Source: Octopus sinensis
Lineage: Eukaryota
Direction of reading: 5' to 3'
Assembly: GCF_006345805.1 (NCBI RefSeq)
Contig: NC_043001.1
Location: 74,958,001 to 75,022,000, forward strand
Length of the DNA stretch: 64,000 nt
Below are positions 27,101-42,100 of the stretch, in pieces (within the stretch, counting starts at the first letter, position 1; the number at the start of each line of letters is the position of its first letter). The position numbers and the translations under genes are program-made. The notes under the pieces were generated by a model, which worked only from the letters and a program-made list of their open reading frames with translations, was not told the origin of the DNA and ran no database searches.

Positions 27101-30100
27101 GAGTCACTTGTGTTGTAGACAGACATAAAACAACAGGTCATTATCCATAGTAACGAAGCTTTCTATTAAAATTCCCACTGTCCTAGAAATTAAACCTAAT
27201 TACACCAAAGAGAACAACCTTAAGACCAACAAGAGAGTCCCTTTGTGGTCATTTGGTCTGTGATAAATAAGTTAAATTCCTTTGGAACTACACCTTATCA
27301 TCTTAAAAAAAAAAGTGGAAGAACACTTTAAATAATATAGTCTTAGGTACATTGTCTAAAACTAACATGATTTGGTCATGGCTGGAACACATTTACCGGA
27401 GCTTACTGAGAATACACATTGTGTACAGTGTTCTTTCAAACTCAAGGAATGTACATTAAAGTGAAAAATGATGTATAATTTTGGATTTTGATATCTCGAG
27501 ATTTGTATGGGAATGAAAATAGTGAAATATCTTTGAGTTCAAATTGCACTAAAGTTGAATTTGTCTTTTAGCATCTTTTTTTCTCCCTCACCCCTTTGTT
27601 ACTCAAAGGGAATTTTTTCTGTTTTTTCCTTGTTTTGTAAGATACTTGGTAAACTCACTGGTGCCAGTGGCACAAAGAAGGCACCCAGTGCTCACTAAAA
27701 TGGATGGCTTTACGATGGGTACCAAGCTGTAGAAACTATGCTAAAGCTGGTATTTAAGCTTGATGTGGCCCTTGGGGGTCACTGGATCTTGTCAAGCTGT
27801 TCAACCCATGTCAGAATGGAAAATGGACATTAAATGATATATCAGTAATACACTGGAGTCAGTTGAATTCTTTGTATTTTAATATTGTTTTGCATAATAT
27901 TGGTAAAAATAGAAGAGTTATGTTTACTTGTGTGGATAGGTAGTTGTTGAGGTAAACCATAGAGAGAAATATCCCTTAATGGGTGCTATTGGAATTTAGA
28001 ATCTGAAGAAATGAACATAGGGACTAACATGAAATAAAATGGATTGGTAAACTCTGGTTAAGGTACTTTTGCAGCCAAAGAATTTCTTTGATTATGAAGT
28101 GTGTTGTTATTTACCTTAAGAATGTTTCTAGATATCCAAGACAGTGAACAGTCGTACCAACCTTCTGCTTTAATATATGTTGTTGAACCAGCTTACATAA
28201 GTAAGTATATCTATGTATCTCTTTTACCTGTTTCTGTTTTCGGACTGTGACTTTGTGAGGCAATGCTTTGGAGAGTTTTGTCAAGGAAATCAGCTGTAGT
28301 ACTTATTTTAAGTTTAGTGTTTATTCTGTTGGTTTCCTTTTGTGATGAAAATGTTGTGTGAGACATAAACATAACAACACTAGTTAGCAAGTGATGAAAC
28401 AAACATATGTTCACGCACACACACACATGCAAGCACACATGCACATACACACACACGGCTTCTGCACAGTTTCCATCTAGCAAATTCAATTACAAGTATT
28501 TGGTTGACTCGAGGTTACAGTAGAAGATTCCTGACCACAAGGTGCCACATAATGAATGTACCTAAACTATATGGTTGCAAAGTGAAATTAACCCTTCAGG
28601 TGTGTCTGTACCTGTGTTTCAATATTCTGTCATGAAGCAAGGCAGAAAGAGATGGATGACACAAGGTAGCCAGCAAGTAAGGAACACTGTTAATAACTAC
28701 AGTGTTCCATAAGAAAATAAAAGTAGTAAGTGTAATATGGTTGAGTTGTGATCAAATATCTGCCTTCTGACAGAATGAGAAATAGTTGGTTCTATTAGCT
28801 TAATTAATAACAATATTTTTGATATCCTTTTAGTCAGGAAGGAAGGCAATGCCTATAATCTTTTACAGGGTCTCTGAGACTAGTGGATGAGAGAGAAGGC
28901 AGTATCCTGAAACTGGAGACCTGGCTCAAATACTTGCAGCAGAGTGCTAAAAGTACCCAAGGTACCAAATAGTTGTGTTAAACTGGGCAATGGATTAAGT
29001 TGGTCATAGGATTTAAAGTCAGAATGTACAAAACTGGAACACATACTGCAACACATCTGGTCCAGTATTCTTACAGTTTTGCTGATCCATGGCTCTGGAT
29101 TGTCTCTTGTGCTAAAAGCAGGTTCATGTCTACCTATTTGACCAGGTGCTCTGTATCTCTCGTGTCTCAAATAATTTATAGTATTGAATGTCATTCACAC
29201 AAAAATCTTAGTTTTCTAATTTATTTCTCTTAAATGAGGTTTCATTAAAACCTAGCTTTTGATATATTGTATAATTAGCAGTATTAGATTAATTTATTAG
29301 AATTTAACTTATTTCCTCTGCTTCTCAATAAAGTAATCAGTTATTAGCATTAAACAATTAATTGAATGAGATATAATCTATAGAAAAAGAATGCTATTTA
29401 AACTTTTGATGGTGTATTCAAATTAAATTGTGCTGTTTATTTATTTTTTTTTTCTCTTCAGGTTTTGTTGTTTTATCACACACAAAATGGGTGTTGGAAA
29501 CCGGTAGAAATTATGAAATCTGTTTGGAAATTTTTGATTCTTCAAATCACAAGATTTATCCATCAGATGTAAGTGGAAACAGTCTGTTCTGTTTTGTTTT
29601 TTTCTGAATCTTTTTTTGATGTTTTGTTTAAAATGTTTACTTTTCTTCTATGTTTGCATGGGTCAGATGAGATTTGTCAAAGCAGATTGTTTACTACCGC
29701 ATGCTTTTCCTGTCACCAACTCTTACCTGTGTCCAAGTAATGTAATAGTTCTCTTTGTCCTTCAAACATGAACAGCACAATGGTTGGAGATATTTTCACA
29801 GAAAATTGCAATGTGACATTTGTATACAGTTAGCATATGATATCCTGACAAGGAGATGCACAAACATATACATGTACTCACACATTTTATTATTTTTTTA
29901 TTGGCAGAAGTTACAAAGTGACTAAAAGGCTGAGAGTTTCAAGCAGGGCGCTTATATTATGTACAGGGGTTGGACAAAATAGTGGAAACTCCAGGCATCA
30001 TAGCATTATAATTTGAAATATATATAAAACCACCAAAAGCTTGTTTATTTTTATGTTTTTTGATTTATTATTAGTGTTGCTTAATATGTTTTGCTAAAAT

Positions 30101-33100
30101 TGCTGTTTCTTTTCAGATGTCATTAGAAAAAGGTAGTTAAAATTCATTTAAATGACAGATGTATCAGACTTTCAAAGAGGTCAACTTGTTGGTGCTCGTA
30201 TGGTAGGTGCTAGCGTAATGAAAACAGCCGAAATGTTTGGTTTGTCAAAACGTCTCGAAAATACTGACAGCCTTTGAGAAAGAGGGAAAAACCTTCTTGT
30301 AGAAACAAAACTCCAGAAGAAAACCAAAACTTTCAGATAGGGACCGTTGGACTCTTACGCAAATTGTTAGAAAGGATCACAAAAGTACAGCTCCCAAAAT
30401 TACTGCGGAGCTTAATGATCACCTCGAGAACCCAGTTTCCACAAAAGCTGGATTTCATGGGAGAGCTGCAATCAGAAAACCACTACTTTCAAAAACAAAC
30501 ATTGCAAAGCATTTAGAGTGGAGTAAAAACCTACAGAGTTGGTCCCTAGAGGAGTGGAAGAATCCTATTTTCTTGGATGAGTCATCCTTTACCTTATTTC
30601 CAGCCACCGGCTGAGTGTATATGTAGAGACAGAAGAAGCATTTGACCCAGACTGCTTTCTTCCAACTGTTAAACATGGGAGAGGATCTGTGATGATCCTG
30701 GGGGCTATATCTTGGAAATCCACTGGCCCAATGGTTTCCCTTCATGGCAGAATTAATAGTCAAGACTATTGAAGCATTTTATATGATCAAATTCATCCTA
30801 TGGTTGTGGAACTGTTTCCAGAGGGAAGCATAATCTTTCTGGATGATAATGCACCAATTCACACAGCTAATGGCACGAGGAACATTCTAGTGAAGTTGGA
30901 CATCTTATCTGACCACCACAGTCCCCAGATCTTAATATTATCGAACATTTATGGTGCCTTTTAGAAAAACAATGCGAATATGAAATTTTTGGTTATCCAT
31001 TTCAAATGTCAATAAAGGGTAACCGGAATGAAAGATAAACCTATTTTTTAGTCAGGAACATAGAAGAGATGCAGTAGCTCTTCAAGCAATGCCAAAGTTT
31101 TAACTGTTACATTTCAGGTGTGTTCAATGAAGTGTTAAAAGATTTAGCTTAAAATTGCTCAAAACTTTCCGGACAACCTAATATATATTTATGATGTTTT
31201 ATTTATCCTGTTTATTCTAATTAACTTCCTCAGGGTTCATAGTCTTGCAAGTTGTATGACAACCTCAATAGTGCTGGTGGCATGAAAGAAGCACCCAATA
31301 TCTACTGTAAAGTGGTTAGTATTAGGAAGGGCCTCCAGCTGTAGAAACCATGTCAAAGCAGACATTAGACCACAATGCAATCCGTCAACTGATGAATCCT
31401 ATCAAACTGTCCAGTCCATGCCAAGATGGAACATGGACATTTGATCATGATACACACTCCTTTCAGTTTCTGCCTACTGAGTCCTCTCACAAGGCTTTGG
31501 TTGGCCTAAAGCTATATAGTAGAAGACAGTTACCCCAAGTGTTGTGCGGTAGGATTGAACTTGAAACTACAGGGTTGGGAAGTGAATTTCTTAACCGAAT
31601 GGCTATGCCTGATCCTATATTATTATTATATTTCTATTTCCAACATTTGTATACAATAGATTATTGCATTCCACTAAGTTTATTGAAGTTGTTATAATTT
31701 TAGTAAAGGAAACTGAGACAAATAATGTCTGTCCACTTTGACCGTCTGTACTGTTAGTGTGTATCAGACATGACTATGTGGTTAAGAAGTTTGCTTCCCA
31801 ACTATGTGGTTTCAGCTTCAGTCTCACTGCATAGCCCCTCGGGCAAGTGCCTTCTGCTAGAGTCCTTAACCAACCAAAATCTTGTGAGTAGATTTGGTTG
31901 ACAAGCTGAAAGAAGCCCTTTTGTATGTGCACCTATGTCTTGACATCACATAATGTTTGTAAGCAGGTATCATTATTATACAAGTGATGTTGTTAGTTTC
32001 CAGTTTTCTCGGAAAAAGATAGGAAATATTACCTTGGAAATGATTGAGAGTTGGTAACAAGAAGAGCATCCGGCCATAGTGTTGTGCTTCAACAAATTTC
32101 TGATTCATGCAAGCATGGAAAAGAGGATGTTAAAACGGTTATGTGTTGTATGTATGTATGTTTATTTTTATATACATACACACACTTGTGCACATATACA
32201 ATAGTAAAATGTTCCTGTTGGAGAAAATATTTTATATTTTCCTAAAATGGCATAGAAGTGGCTTATAGGCACAAAAGTAACTGTGTGGTAAGAAGCTTAC
32301 TTCCCAACCACATTGTTCTGGGTTCAGTCCCACTGTATGGCACCTTGGGCAAGTGTCTTCTACTGTAGGCTCAGGCTGACCAAAGCCTTGTGAGTGGATT
32401 TGGTAGATGGAAACGGAAACAAGCCCGTCGTATATGTATTTGTTTGTCTGTGTTTGTCTCTCTCCCATCATCACTTGACAACTGGTGCTAGTGCGTTTAC
32501 GTCCCTGTATTTTAGTGGTTCGACAAAAGAGACCGATAGAATAATTACTGGGCTTACAAAAAATATATCCTGGGGTCGATTTGTGTGACTAAAGGTGGTG
32601 CTTCAGCATGGCTGCAGTCAAATGACTGAAATGAGTAAAAGAATAAAAAAAGAAATGTCCAAAATAGTAAAAAAAAAAAAAAAAAATATTAATAAAAAAA
32701 GGCTTAAACAATTGTAATTCCTTCCACTTTCTCAAATTATTTCAGAATCTCATAATTGAAGCTTTATTTCCTGCTGAATATTTCCGAGTCAATCACCAAA
32801 CAAAAAATGGTTCCTACTTTCATGTGACCACTCTAAAGAAAGGAGTTGTTAACATCAAAGGTAGTTTAAAAGGTGTTCTGTCTGTAAGTAAAGCCAACTA
32901 CCTAATCCAGTTTCTTAATCTGAAGTTTTTCTATAATCCTTTTGATTACCAACCTGCATGAGACCACTGGTTCTGCGATGCAAACTTCCTGTTTTAAAGT
33001 AATTTAAACTTCCTATCAAAATTTCATGTCAGTTTATTTTCTAAAACATTAGCTTCATAATGGCTATGCTCTATTATTAAATTCTTCATTATTTTAAAAT

Positions 33101-36100
33101 ATTAATTGAAACAGAAGTATTGTGTGTGCCAACAGGAATATGGTAACAAAAAGGGTTCATATGTCAATCATGCTTCTTTTGTTTTGCTATATAAGCTCTC
33201 TTTCTCTCACCTGTTTATACACACACACACATATATATATCACCTGCTATGTGTTTTTTATCTGCAAATATTTCTGTTTTAAAACCAGACTAAACTGCCT
33301 CATTAGAATTCTCTTCAATTGTACATCTTATTAATCATTTGCATACAAAATGACATAGATTGTGGAATATAGTTTTTTTTAATTCTTTTACATTGTACTT
33401 AATAATACTGCTATACATGCCTAATTTATGAATATTCATATTTCAAAGGAAAAGAAACATCTATTTGCACAAGCCCTAGTGACTGAACAGTTGCTGGAGA
33501 TCTATGACAAAATTGAGGTGGAACCAAAGTCTATATTATTCCCATGGGAATCAAATACTAAATTTAGTTATAGCTCAAAGCTTACGGTAAGAGTTTTTCT
33601 GACATTTGTATAATGTTAACGTCTTGTTTTATTTTTTAGTTATGTCTTGTTTTATTTTTTAGTTATGTCTTGTTTGAAAATGATTTTTTATTATCTGTTC
33701 TCATGTTTGCATCAGTTTGATGTAATTTGGGATCTTTTGTATCTAAGTAGGTCAATTTTTTTTTTCAGGTTCTGATTGTATTAATAATAATTATTTCTAC
33801 TCTAGGCACAAGGCCTTGAAAATTTTGTGGGGAAGGGGGCTAGTTAGTTACACTAACTCCAGTGTATAACTGGTACTTATTTCATCAACCCCAAAAGGAT
33901 GAAAGGCAGTTGAACCTGGCGGAATTTGAAGTCAGAAACGTAGTGACAGACAAAATACTGCCAAGCATTTCGCCTGGTGTGCTAATGATTCTACCAGCTT
34001 GCCACCTTAATTGTGTTAATAAGAATAATAATTATTATTTTTATTTTTGCTCAAGGCTTGCAATTTTGAAGAGAGGTGGTGTTTAGTTGATTACATCGAA
34101 CCCCAATAGTTAGCAGATACTTATTTTATTGACCCTGAAAAGATGAACAACAATGTCGACTTGGAATGTAAAATGTTGGAAGAAATGCTGCTAAACATTT
34201 TGTCTGATACACTATTGATTGTGCTAGCTTAGGCAGTGGCTCTCATGGCTTCTGATTTTAACTGACTGGAAATGTTATCGTGTACATGTTTTGTCTTGGT
34301 ATAAAAGATGGGCTACAGCAAATATTCTGCTCAATACTACAGATTTACTTGTCAGTTGCTTGACCGTAACCATTTGAGCATGTCCCTTAGTGGCTGATGA
34401 TATGTGAATCTTTGATCATGAGCAGAAGTAGTGGGAGAGCATCATAGCTATGTGTTGAGGAATTCCTTGGGGTTTTATAAACACTTCTGGAAACATGGGT
34501 TCATCTTCCTTAAACAGACCTTATTCAGGAACCTTTTGAGTGAGATGGGCTTCTCAACCTGAAGAAAATTCAAACTGGGCCCCACCTGCAAGATCATGCG
34601 CTATTTATCTTGATATGAGATCACCATGTCACATACATATGATTGTGATGCATGTGCCTTTATCAGATGGTTAGTCATGTTGGGTATATTGGGCTTCATA
34701 TATTTGTACCCCAGTATCACTTTGATGGCATGCACTACTCTCTCGCTCAATAATGATAATAATGGTTTTCAATTTAGGTACAAGACACGTAATTTTTGAG
34801 GGAAGTGGGTTAGTTCATACCTTTGGGGTCAGTGTTTGACTTTATTTTATTGACCCTGAAATGATGAAAGAGCAAAGTTAACCATGGCAGGATTTGAACT
34901 CATAACATATAGGAGTTGAGGCAAGAACCATATGACATTTTGTCAAACACTTTACTGATTCTACTAATCCACCTCCCTTACATATATTTTTAATACTAAA
35001 ATACTATTACCAATACTGTTTTTTCTCTCAGAACTATATTCTTCTGAAATTTCCTCCTTGGCAAATCTCTCCCATATGCAACTATTGACCCAAAAGTTGG
35101 AACTAAACGGTTGCCATTCAAACAGCCTTACCTAACAGTGTTTCTGTGTTCTAAATTGAAGCAGCTAGACAATCTATGGCCACTACTCTTCACTTAATAT
35201 TATAACAATAAAGTTATTAAAAATGTATGTATGGTAATTAAAAGAAAGAAAAGCAGAAATTCTTTTCAATAATTCCATCTGTTTCATGTTGTTTTTAATG
35301 ATTTTATGTTTACTTTTATCTCTTGTGAATATATTCAAATATTTTCAAATACCTTTATGTTATTTGCAGGCTACTGGTGGTAGTGGTGAATATTCCTGGA
35401 ATTCCTTGAACCTAAGTGTTGCCACTGTAAACAACAAAGGTTACACAAGTCCTGTCAGCCTTGGAATTAGTACAGTAGTGGCTGCTGATGTCAAGAACCA
35501 TAGGCACACCGGAATGGCTAAGGTGAGGTTTCGAAACAAACAGATTATTTTTCTTTAGAATCATAGCATACAAAGTGTGTATGTTAAAGTGTTTGTGAGA
35601 AAGCTGGCATAAAAGGAATTAAATGTGGCATGCATAAGAGAGTTCTGGGAGCAATGTATTTTCCACCCACGTATAATAATAAAAAATGAAAAACTTTCAC
35701 ATTCTACCCCCAACAAACCAAACTACATCTCCTTTTCTCTTCCTCACATTTCCTTTTTCCCACGCACTGTGCTTATGCTTATCTCTTGGTCTCCAAACCT
35801 GTCCTTATTGCCCTGCTCACTGTATCATTACTATCCTGTTGTCTCCTTCCTCTATATACTCCCATTTCATGAATCACTGCATTCTCCACCCCCACACTCT
35901 TTGTATTCATGTGAAGTCCCTACTCTCTACTTACGCACACTTGGCTATACTCCACCATCCCATTTATATTTTAATCCCCATACCTTGAGGGCGTCTCTGA
36001 CACTTCGCCACTATCTCTCTCTCTCATTCTACCATCCCTTTTATATTCTGATCCCTATACCTTGAGGGTATGCCCTGGCATTTCACTGCCATCTCCCACC

Positions 36101-39100
36101 CTCTCTCGCACTCACCCTCTTGCTCTCTTCCACTCTCTCATTCTTGATCAGTCTTTTTCTCTCTCTCCCTCTGACTGGGTAACCATGTATCTTCTCTACA
36201 GCAACACACCTTCTATCATTCTGTCACACTCTAACTTCTCATCATCTGGCACATGGCCACCTCCTTCAGTGCCCCCTCCCTCCTTCTCTCAGAGGATCTT
36301 TGTTTTGCAAGTTACTTGGTGACCCTCCCAGTGCTGATACATTCAGTCCACACTGTAAAGTGGTTGGTATTTGGAAGGGCATCCAGTTGTAAACATCATG
36401 CTGAAACTGGCCTAGCTGGTGCTATGTGAAAAGCACTCAGTTCACCATGTAAGGTGTTAGGAAGGGCATCTAACTGTAAAGATCCTGCCAAAACAGATAA
36501 TGAAATCTGGTTCAGTCTTGTACCTAGCCAGCTCTTGTTAAACTGTCCAGCCCATACCAGAATAGAAAATGGACATTAAATGATGACGATGATATACACA
36601 CACACACGCGTATGTATATGCACTTATATACATACATATGATGGACTTCTTTCAATTTTTGGCCAAGGCTATAGTGGAAAACACTTGCCCTAGGTGCTAC
36701 ACAGTGGGACTGAACCCAGAATCATGTTTGTTGGGAAGTAAGCTTCTTGTCATACAGCCATGCCTGTGCCTTTCTTAAAAAAAAGCAAAAAATTTAATCA
36801 TTATAATGTAAATTAAAAAGAATTTTTTTCTGTCTTTGTAGGTTGCTGTCCTTCCTCCAACGAAAATTAAGCTGCTTCCATCAAAAGTGGAAGCTGAAAT
36901 CAACACCAAGTTACTTCTCCCTGTTGCAATGTTTGCTGATTTTGAAGGTTGTTATTGTTTATTGATTGATTCTAAGAAATTCTTGTATATTTTGAATTTT
37001 CTGTCAGAATATTTTCTAGGTTGCTATTTTAGACTGTATTCAGCATTATAATCATCATTTAGTGTTTGTTTTCCATGCTGGGTTAGATGGTTTGGCAGGA
37101 GCCTCAAGCCAGGGGATTGTGTCAAGCTCCTGTGTCTGCCTCAGCATTGTTCCTACAACTAAATGCTCTCTCTAATTCCAACTACTTTACAGAGTGTACT
37201 GGGTGCTTTTTATGTGATACTGGCACTAGTAAGGTCACCTAGGAACTTGCAAGACAAGACTTCTCAACTGAGGGTATGGATAGTATTGGGGAAGGTGGCT
37301 TAACCTCAGGACACTGAACCTTTCAGATGAGATTACAAAGGACTGAGACACCTGGCACCTTGTTATATTCAAGAAGACCTGTCCTCCACAGCAGAAGGGA
37401 ATAGGCCTGCAAGAGGCTTGTGCTGGTGTTATGTAAGAGCCACTTGTGCTGATGTCATGTTAAAAGCACCCAGCACATACTGTAAAGTGGTTGGTGTTAG
37501 GATGGGCATCCAGCTGTAGAACTAGGCCAAATCAGACTGGAACCTGGTGCAGCTCTTCTGCTTGCCAGCAATGGTCAAACTGTCCAACTAATGCCAGCAT
37601 GGAAAACAGACATTAAAAGATGATGATGAACTATTTGATTTGTTTGTGCAGTTGTTTCACTTCCCATACTAGCAAGGCTTTGACAGAAGTAAATATTGAG
37701 ACAGGATTTTTACAGCTGAATGTCCTTTCTGTTACAAATAACACTTTGTTTTTCAATTAAGGAATTTTTTATTCCTTAGGAATTTTAGAGTGCAGAGATG
37801 GCAGAGTTTTGATGGCAGAAAATATTAAGCAGCTTCACCTGTTACGATGCAACCACAAAGAATGACATCACATTTCTACTTGAACTGCAGATGGTGGTCA
37901 TTGTCTGTACCTGTTACTCAGTATAGTTTTGTAAACATTCACACAAGATGACTAAGGACTGAGATATCTGGTGCATTGCTGTACTCAAGAAGACCCACCT
38001 GCCACAGCAGAAATGTTACTAGTGCTGGTGCCACATAAAAAGTGCCTGGTACACACTGGACTGGTTGGTGTTAGGAAGGGCATCCAGCCATAGAAACCAT
38101 GTCAGAACGGACAATGGTGTCTGGTGCAGCCCCTGGCCATACCAGCTCCAGTCAAACCATCTAACCCTTGCCAGTATGGAAAATGCTTGTTTAAATGATG
38201 ATGATGATGATACTCATACATATATACATCTTGCACATATGCATATGCAAGATGTAAATTTATTCTGCACTACTTGTGTAACTGGTGCAGTACTCTCTTT
38301 AAACATGCACATTATGAACCATGTTAGAAAGGGATTTGGTTTAGTTAATCTGAATGTTTTTAGAAGTCTTGTTGTTTTTATATAAGGTTAGCTGATAATA
38401 ATGACTATAAATCTAAGCAAATTAACAAGCACAAAGCAGGCAAAATAAACACTATTTAGTAATTAGTGTGTTATTAATTGTCATTGCAAATAAGTTTGTT
38501 TAATGAACAAGAGTAATGTTTGTGTTCAATATGGCGTTCAGTTTTCATCATCATTTATCATCTATTTTCCATATAGGTATGGGCTGGACAGCTTGACAAG
38601 AGCCATGAGCTGCAGGGCTGTGTTGAGTTGAGCTCCAGTGAAGCTTTTCATGGTTTCTATGGTTGGATGCTCTTCTTAATATTAACCACTCGACATTGTG
38701 TATTGGGTGCTTTTTTTTGTGAGGTTAAAAGCAATTTGTCAAACAGAAAAGAGGAGGAAAAAAACAACAAAAACAAAACAGGACTTAGTTTGGGTGGGGG
38801 GCTGTGTGAGAGCGGGAAGAGGTGGCTTTATGCCAGGTGTTGAAAGGTTAAAGTATGATAAAGGGGATGGACGCAGCTGTCTTACTAAAGAGGAGCCATA
38901 TGACTACTCCATATTATAGATGGGCAGGAGGGAATTCTTGGAAGGAAGTAAAGATGTTAGTGATGGGTGCCAGAGCAAACTCTCAAGGGTTTGTTAGTGA
39001 CATTGCTTAAATGTATACCATTACACTGATATTGTTTCCTAAATTATAATTTTAATATTTAAATTATTTTATCTATTTGATTCTTAGGTGCCGAGAAAGC

Positions 39101-42100
39101 CTTTGAAGATTGCCGACATCTAAAATTGTCTGTGAAATTCTCAGACAAAACTTCATTTGATTTAATCCCAGGTGAAATTTTTTTTTTCATTTTTGTATTT
39201 CCATCACTTCTACAATTTAAAATAGCATGTAATTTTTTCATAGTGGTTCTTCATGTTTTGATATGTTCCCTTATTTTCTTTGTCGTATAAGTGATTTCAA
39301 TTTTCGTTCTGCACTCTGTTTTTCTTTGCTGTACTGCTTCTTTACAAAATGCAAAACCTCACTCCTTATTCACAATTCATCATCATCATCATCATCACTA
39401 CCACCATCACCACCACTATCACCATCATCACGTCTCTATATTCCATTCTGACATGGGTTGAATGGTTAGACAAATATATGACATGTATAGGATGTATACA
39501 TATGCATGTGGTATATGCATGTATGTTCAGTTGTATATTCATATACACAAACAAAGGTTTGCATATGACATTTTTGTGTCTGCAGAGTTCCATGCATTGA
39601 GTTATTTTCCATCGTTCTAGTAAATGACTGAAACTTGTTTATCAACAGAATCCTTATTGTTATATCACAATCTATAGCAGTACTAACAACAGCAACCATA
39701 TTTTCTGATTGTTCACTTGTTTAGGAAAGCTTGTCTGTAATGGCTATTCTGATATCACAGACCTTTACATCATCATTATCATTTAGCATCCAATTTTCCC
39801 TGCTTGCATGGAAAAGTGGACATTTAATACTACCATTATTATTATTATTTAGTAATCTTATTTTTATCACATGCTTTCTCTGAACTTCTAAGCACAGCTC
39901 TGTGTGCCCTGGGTATGTGCTGGGGTTTGTTTTGGTGCTATTTTTACTGTATTGAAAGTGCTTTATATAGGATGTGTGCAGTGCCTACCAGTGCTGTTTT
40001 CTTTATGTTATATATATATTTGTAAGTCCTGGTGTGTTGGTTTTGTATTTGTCTATATTTTTTCTATCATATCTATTGCACCTATTATAGGGATTATTTC
40101 TGTTTTTAGGCCCCACATTCGAGTTATCTCTATTTCCTGATCTTTGTATTTTGCGATTTTCTCCATTTCATTTAGAGATACATCTGTTGGGATTGATGTG
40201 TCGATTAGAAGGCATTTCTTTCTTGATAATATCTGACAACTATATCCAGTTTATTAGCTTTGATCTCTCTATCTGTATGTATTTCAGAGTATGGTTGCTT
40301 TGTAATTTTCTAAGACCTTTTCTGGGATATACCTCTACCATTTTTCTTCTGTTATCATTCCATAGTGTTGGCATGGCTTCCAGTGTATATAGGTCCCAAC
40401 TCTGTCATATCTGTAAATATATTCTTTCTTTGCCAGGACTGGGAAGCCAAAGGCAATAAGATTTATTGTTTCTTCTCCATCACCACATATTCTGCAGTTA
40501 TTGTATTTTCCTTCACTATGTGCTTCTGATGGAGAGGCTTTGATCTTGGGCTGCAATTAAATGCTTAACAACATTTCATTCATCTTTACATTCTGCTGAG
40601 ATTGACTTTACCTTTCATCCTTTCAAGGTTGATAGAATAAAATACCAGTTGAATACTAGGATTGATGTAACCGTTTAACCCCTTCCCCACCCAACCCCAA
40701 AATTTCAGGTCTTGTGCCTATAACAGAAAGGATTTTATTATTGCTGGTGGAATTATTAACTCCCCCGCTGCCACCACCACCACCACCATACATCTCTTAA
40801 CCTCCTCACACACTGACCGTCTGTCTTCTCTCACACTCTTGTAACTTCTCCCTCACACATCATCTCTCTTTCATCCTTCTCAAGTCTACTGTATTATTAT
40901 TACTATCCTGCTGTTCATCATTCTTTCTATTCTATTATCCCTTCTCTTCCATACTATTCATAAATTCATTTGGTACCCCTCTGTTTGTGAATTACTAATC
41001 TCACTACTTTTCAAACTGCAGCATTCCATATCTAGCTTCACCACTTTTGGTTATGGACAACACACTTCCTCTTTCGTTACCATATTTCTGTTGGCTTACA
41101 CTGCTTTTGTTTCTATTAATTTTTAAAATAATGGAAAAAATTTAGTAAAATAAATTTGCATAGTTAAGCTTGTGTTTGGATCATAAATTAACATGAAATT
41201 TTGTCATTGCTTTAAAACAGTTTTTTTTATCATAGAAGCTAAAGCTGTGATCTTGTTCTCTCTTTGCTTTCATTAGTGGATTTCTTTGTTTTCTTCTCTC
41301 TCTATTATCACACTATGTACACTTCCCTCTTAGAATAACTTATATATTCTGACTTGTCATGCTTCACCTGCAGTGCTTTAAATTGCACTTTACCCCTCCC
41401 TCACCTCTGCCTACACTATACTAACAAGTTATTTATTCTGGTGGTTTCTATTGTGATATAAAATCTAATTTACTTTTTTTGATAAAGAGAGCATAGTGTG
41501 GATACTGGCTGGAAAACAGATTGGCTTCTTTGCTTGGTGAAATACTGACTGTTGATTTAACTTGTTCAGAATCTCTGTTGTAGCGTCAGCATCAACAGGA
41601 CTCTGTGTTTTAATTATTTTCTGGTGGCGTCATTTCCCATCTTTGCTCTGGCAATTCAAGCTTGGCTTCTGGCTTCATGGTTGGTTCTTCGCCATAACCT
41701 TGCATCAGTTAATTTTTTGTTTGTTTCACCATTCCAGTTTAGTTCTTTATAAAGCCAATCTGTTTTTATATATTTTCCATTTCATAGAAAATGTCTCTCT
41801 TTTTCGTGATCTACTTGCAGTTTCTCCTCACTCAAGTTTAAACTGCGTAGCAACCAGCTGGCCATTTCATTTGTGTTACTCTATGGGCCATAGGGCTATT
41901 GGTTTGTACCTTCCCTTGTGTTGTCTTTCTCCCAACCTTCCTCTCATTGCTGCTGTTAAAACAGCCTGAATTCTGCCTGTAAATTCTAACACCTAATGCT
42001 TTTAAGCTATGTGATATTTGTTGTATAATTCTTGTAACATGTTGTGTTTGCCATTTTTCAGACCATGCTGGTTCTGTGGACACCGAGAAAATTAGCTGCA

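Larger units (their letters stand above)
25667..28131 (+). other. U12-type (minor spliceosome) GT-AG intron, NUP210 intron 7
   Basis: Donor GTATCCTTT matches the U12 5' splice-site consensus. Branch-like TTACCTTAAG at 28111-28120 ends 9 nt before the AG, with no polypyrimidine tract. Confidence 0.85.

Noticed and set aside
35625-36322. Overlapping 86-146 aa ORFs
   Set aside because: Pyrimidine-rich low-complexity sequence with no recognisable domain
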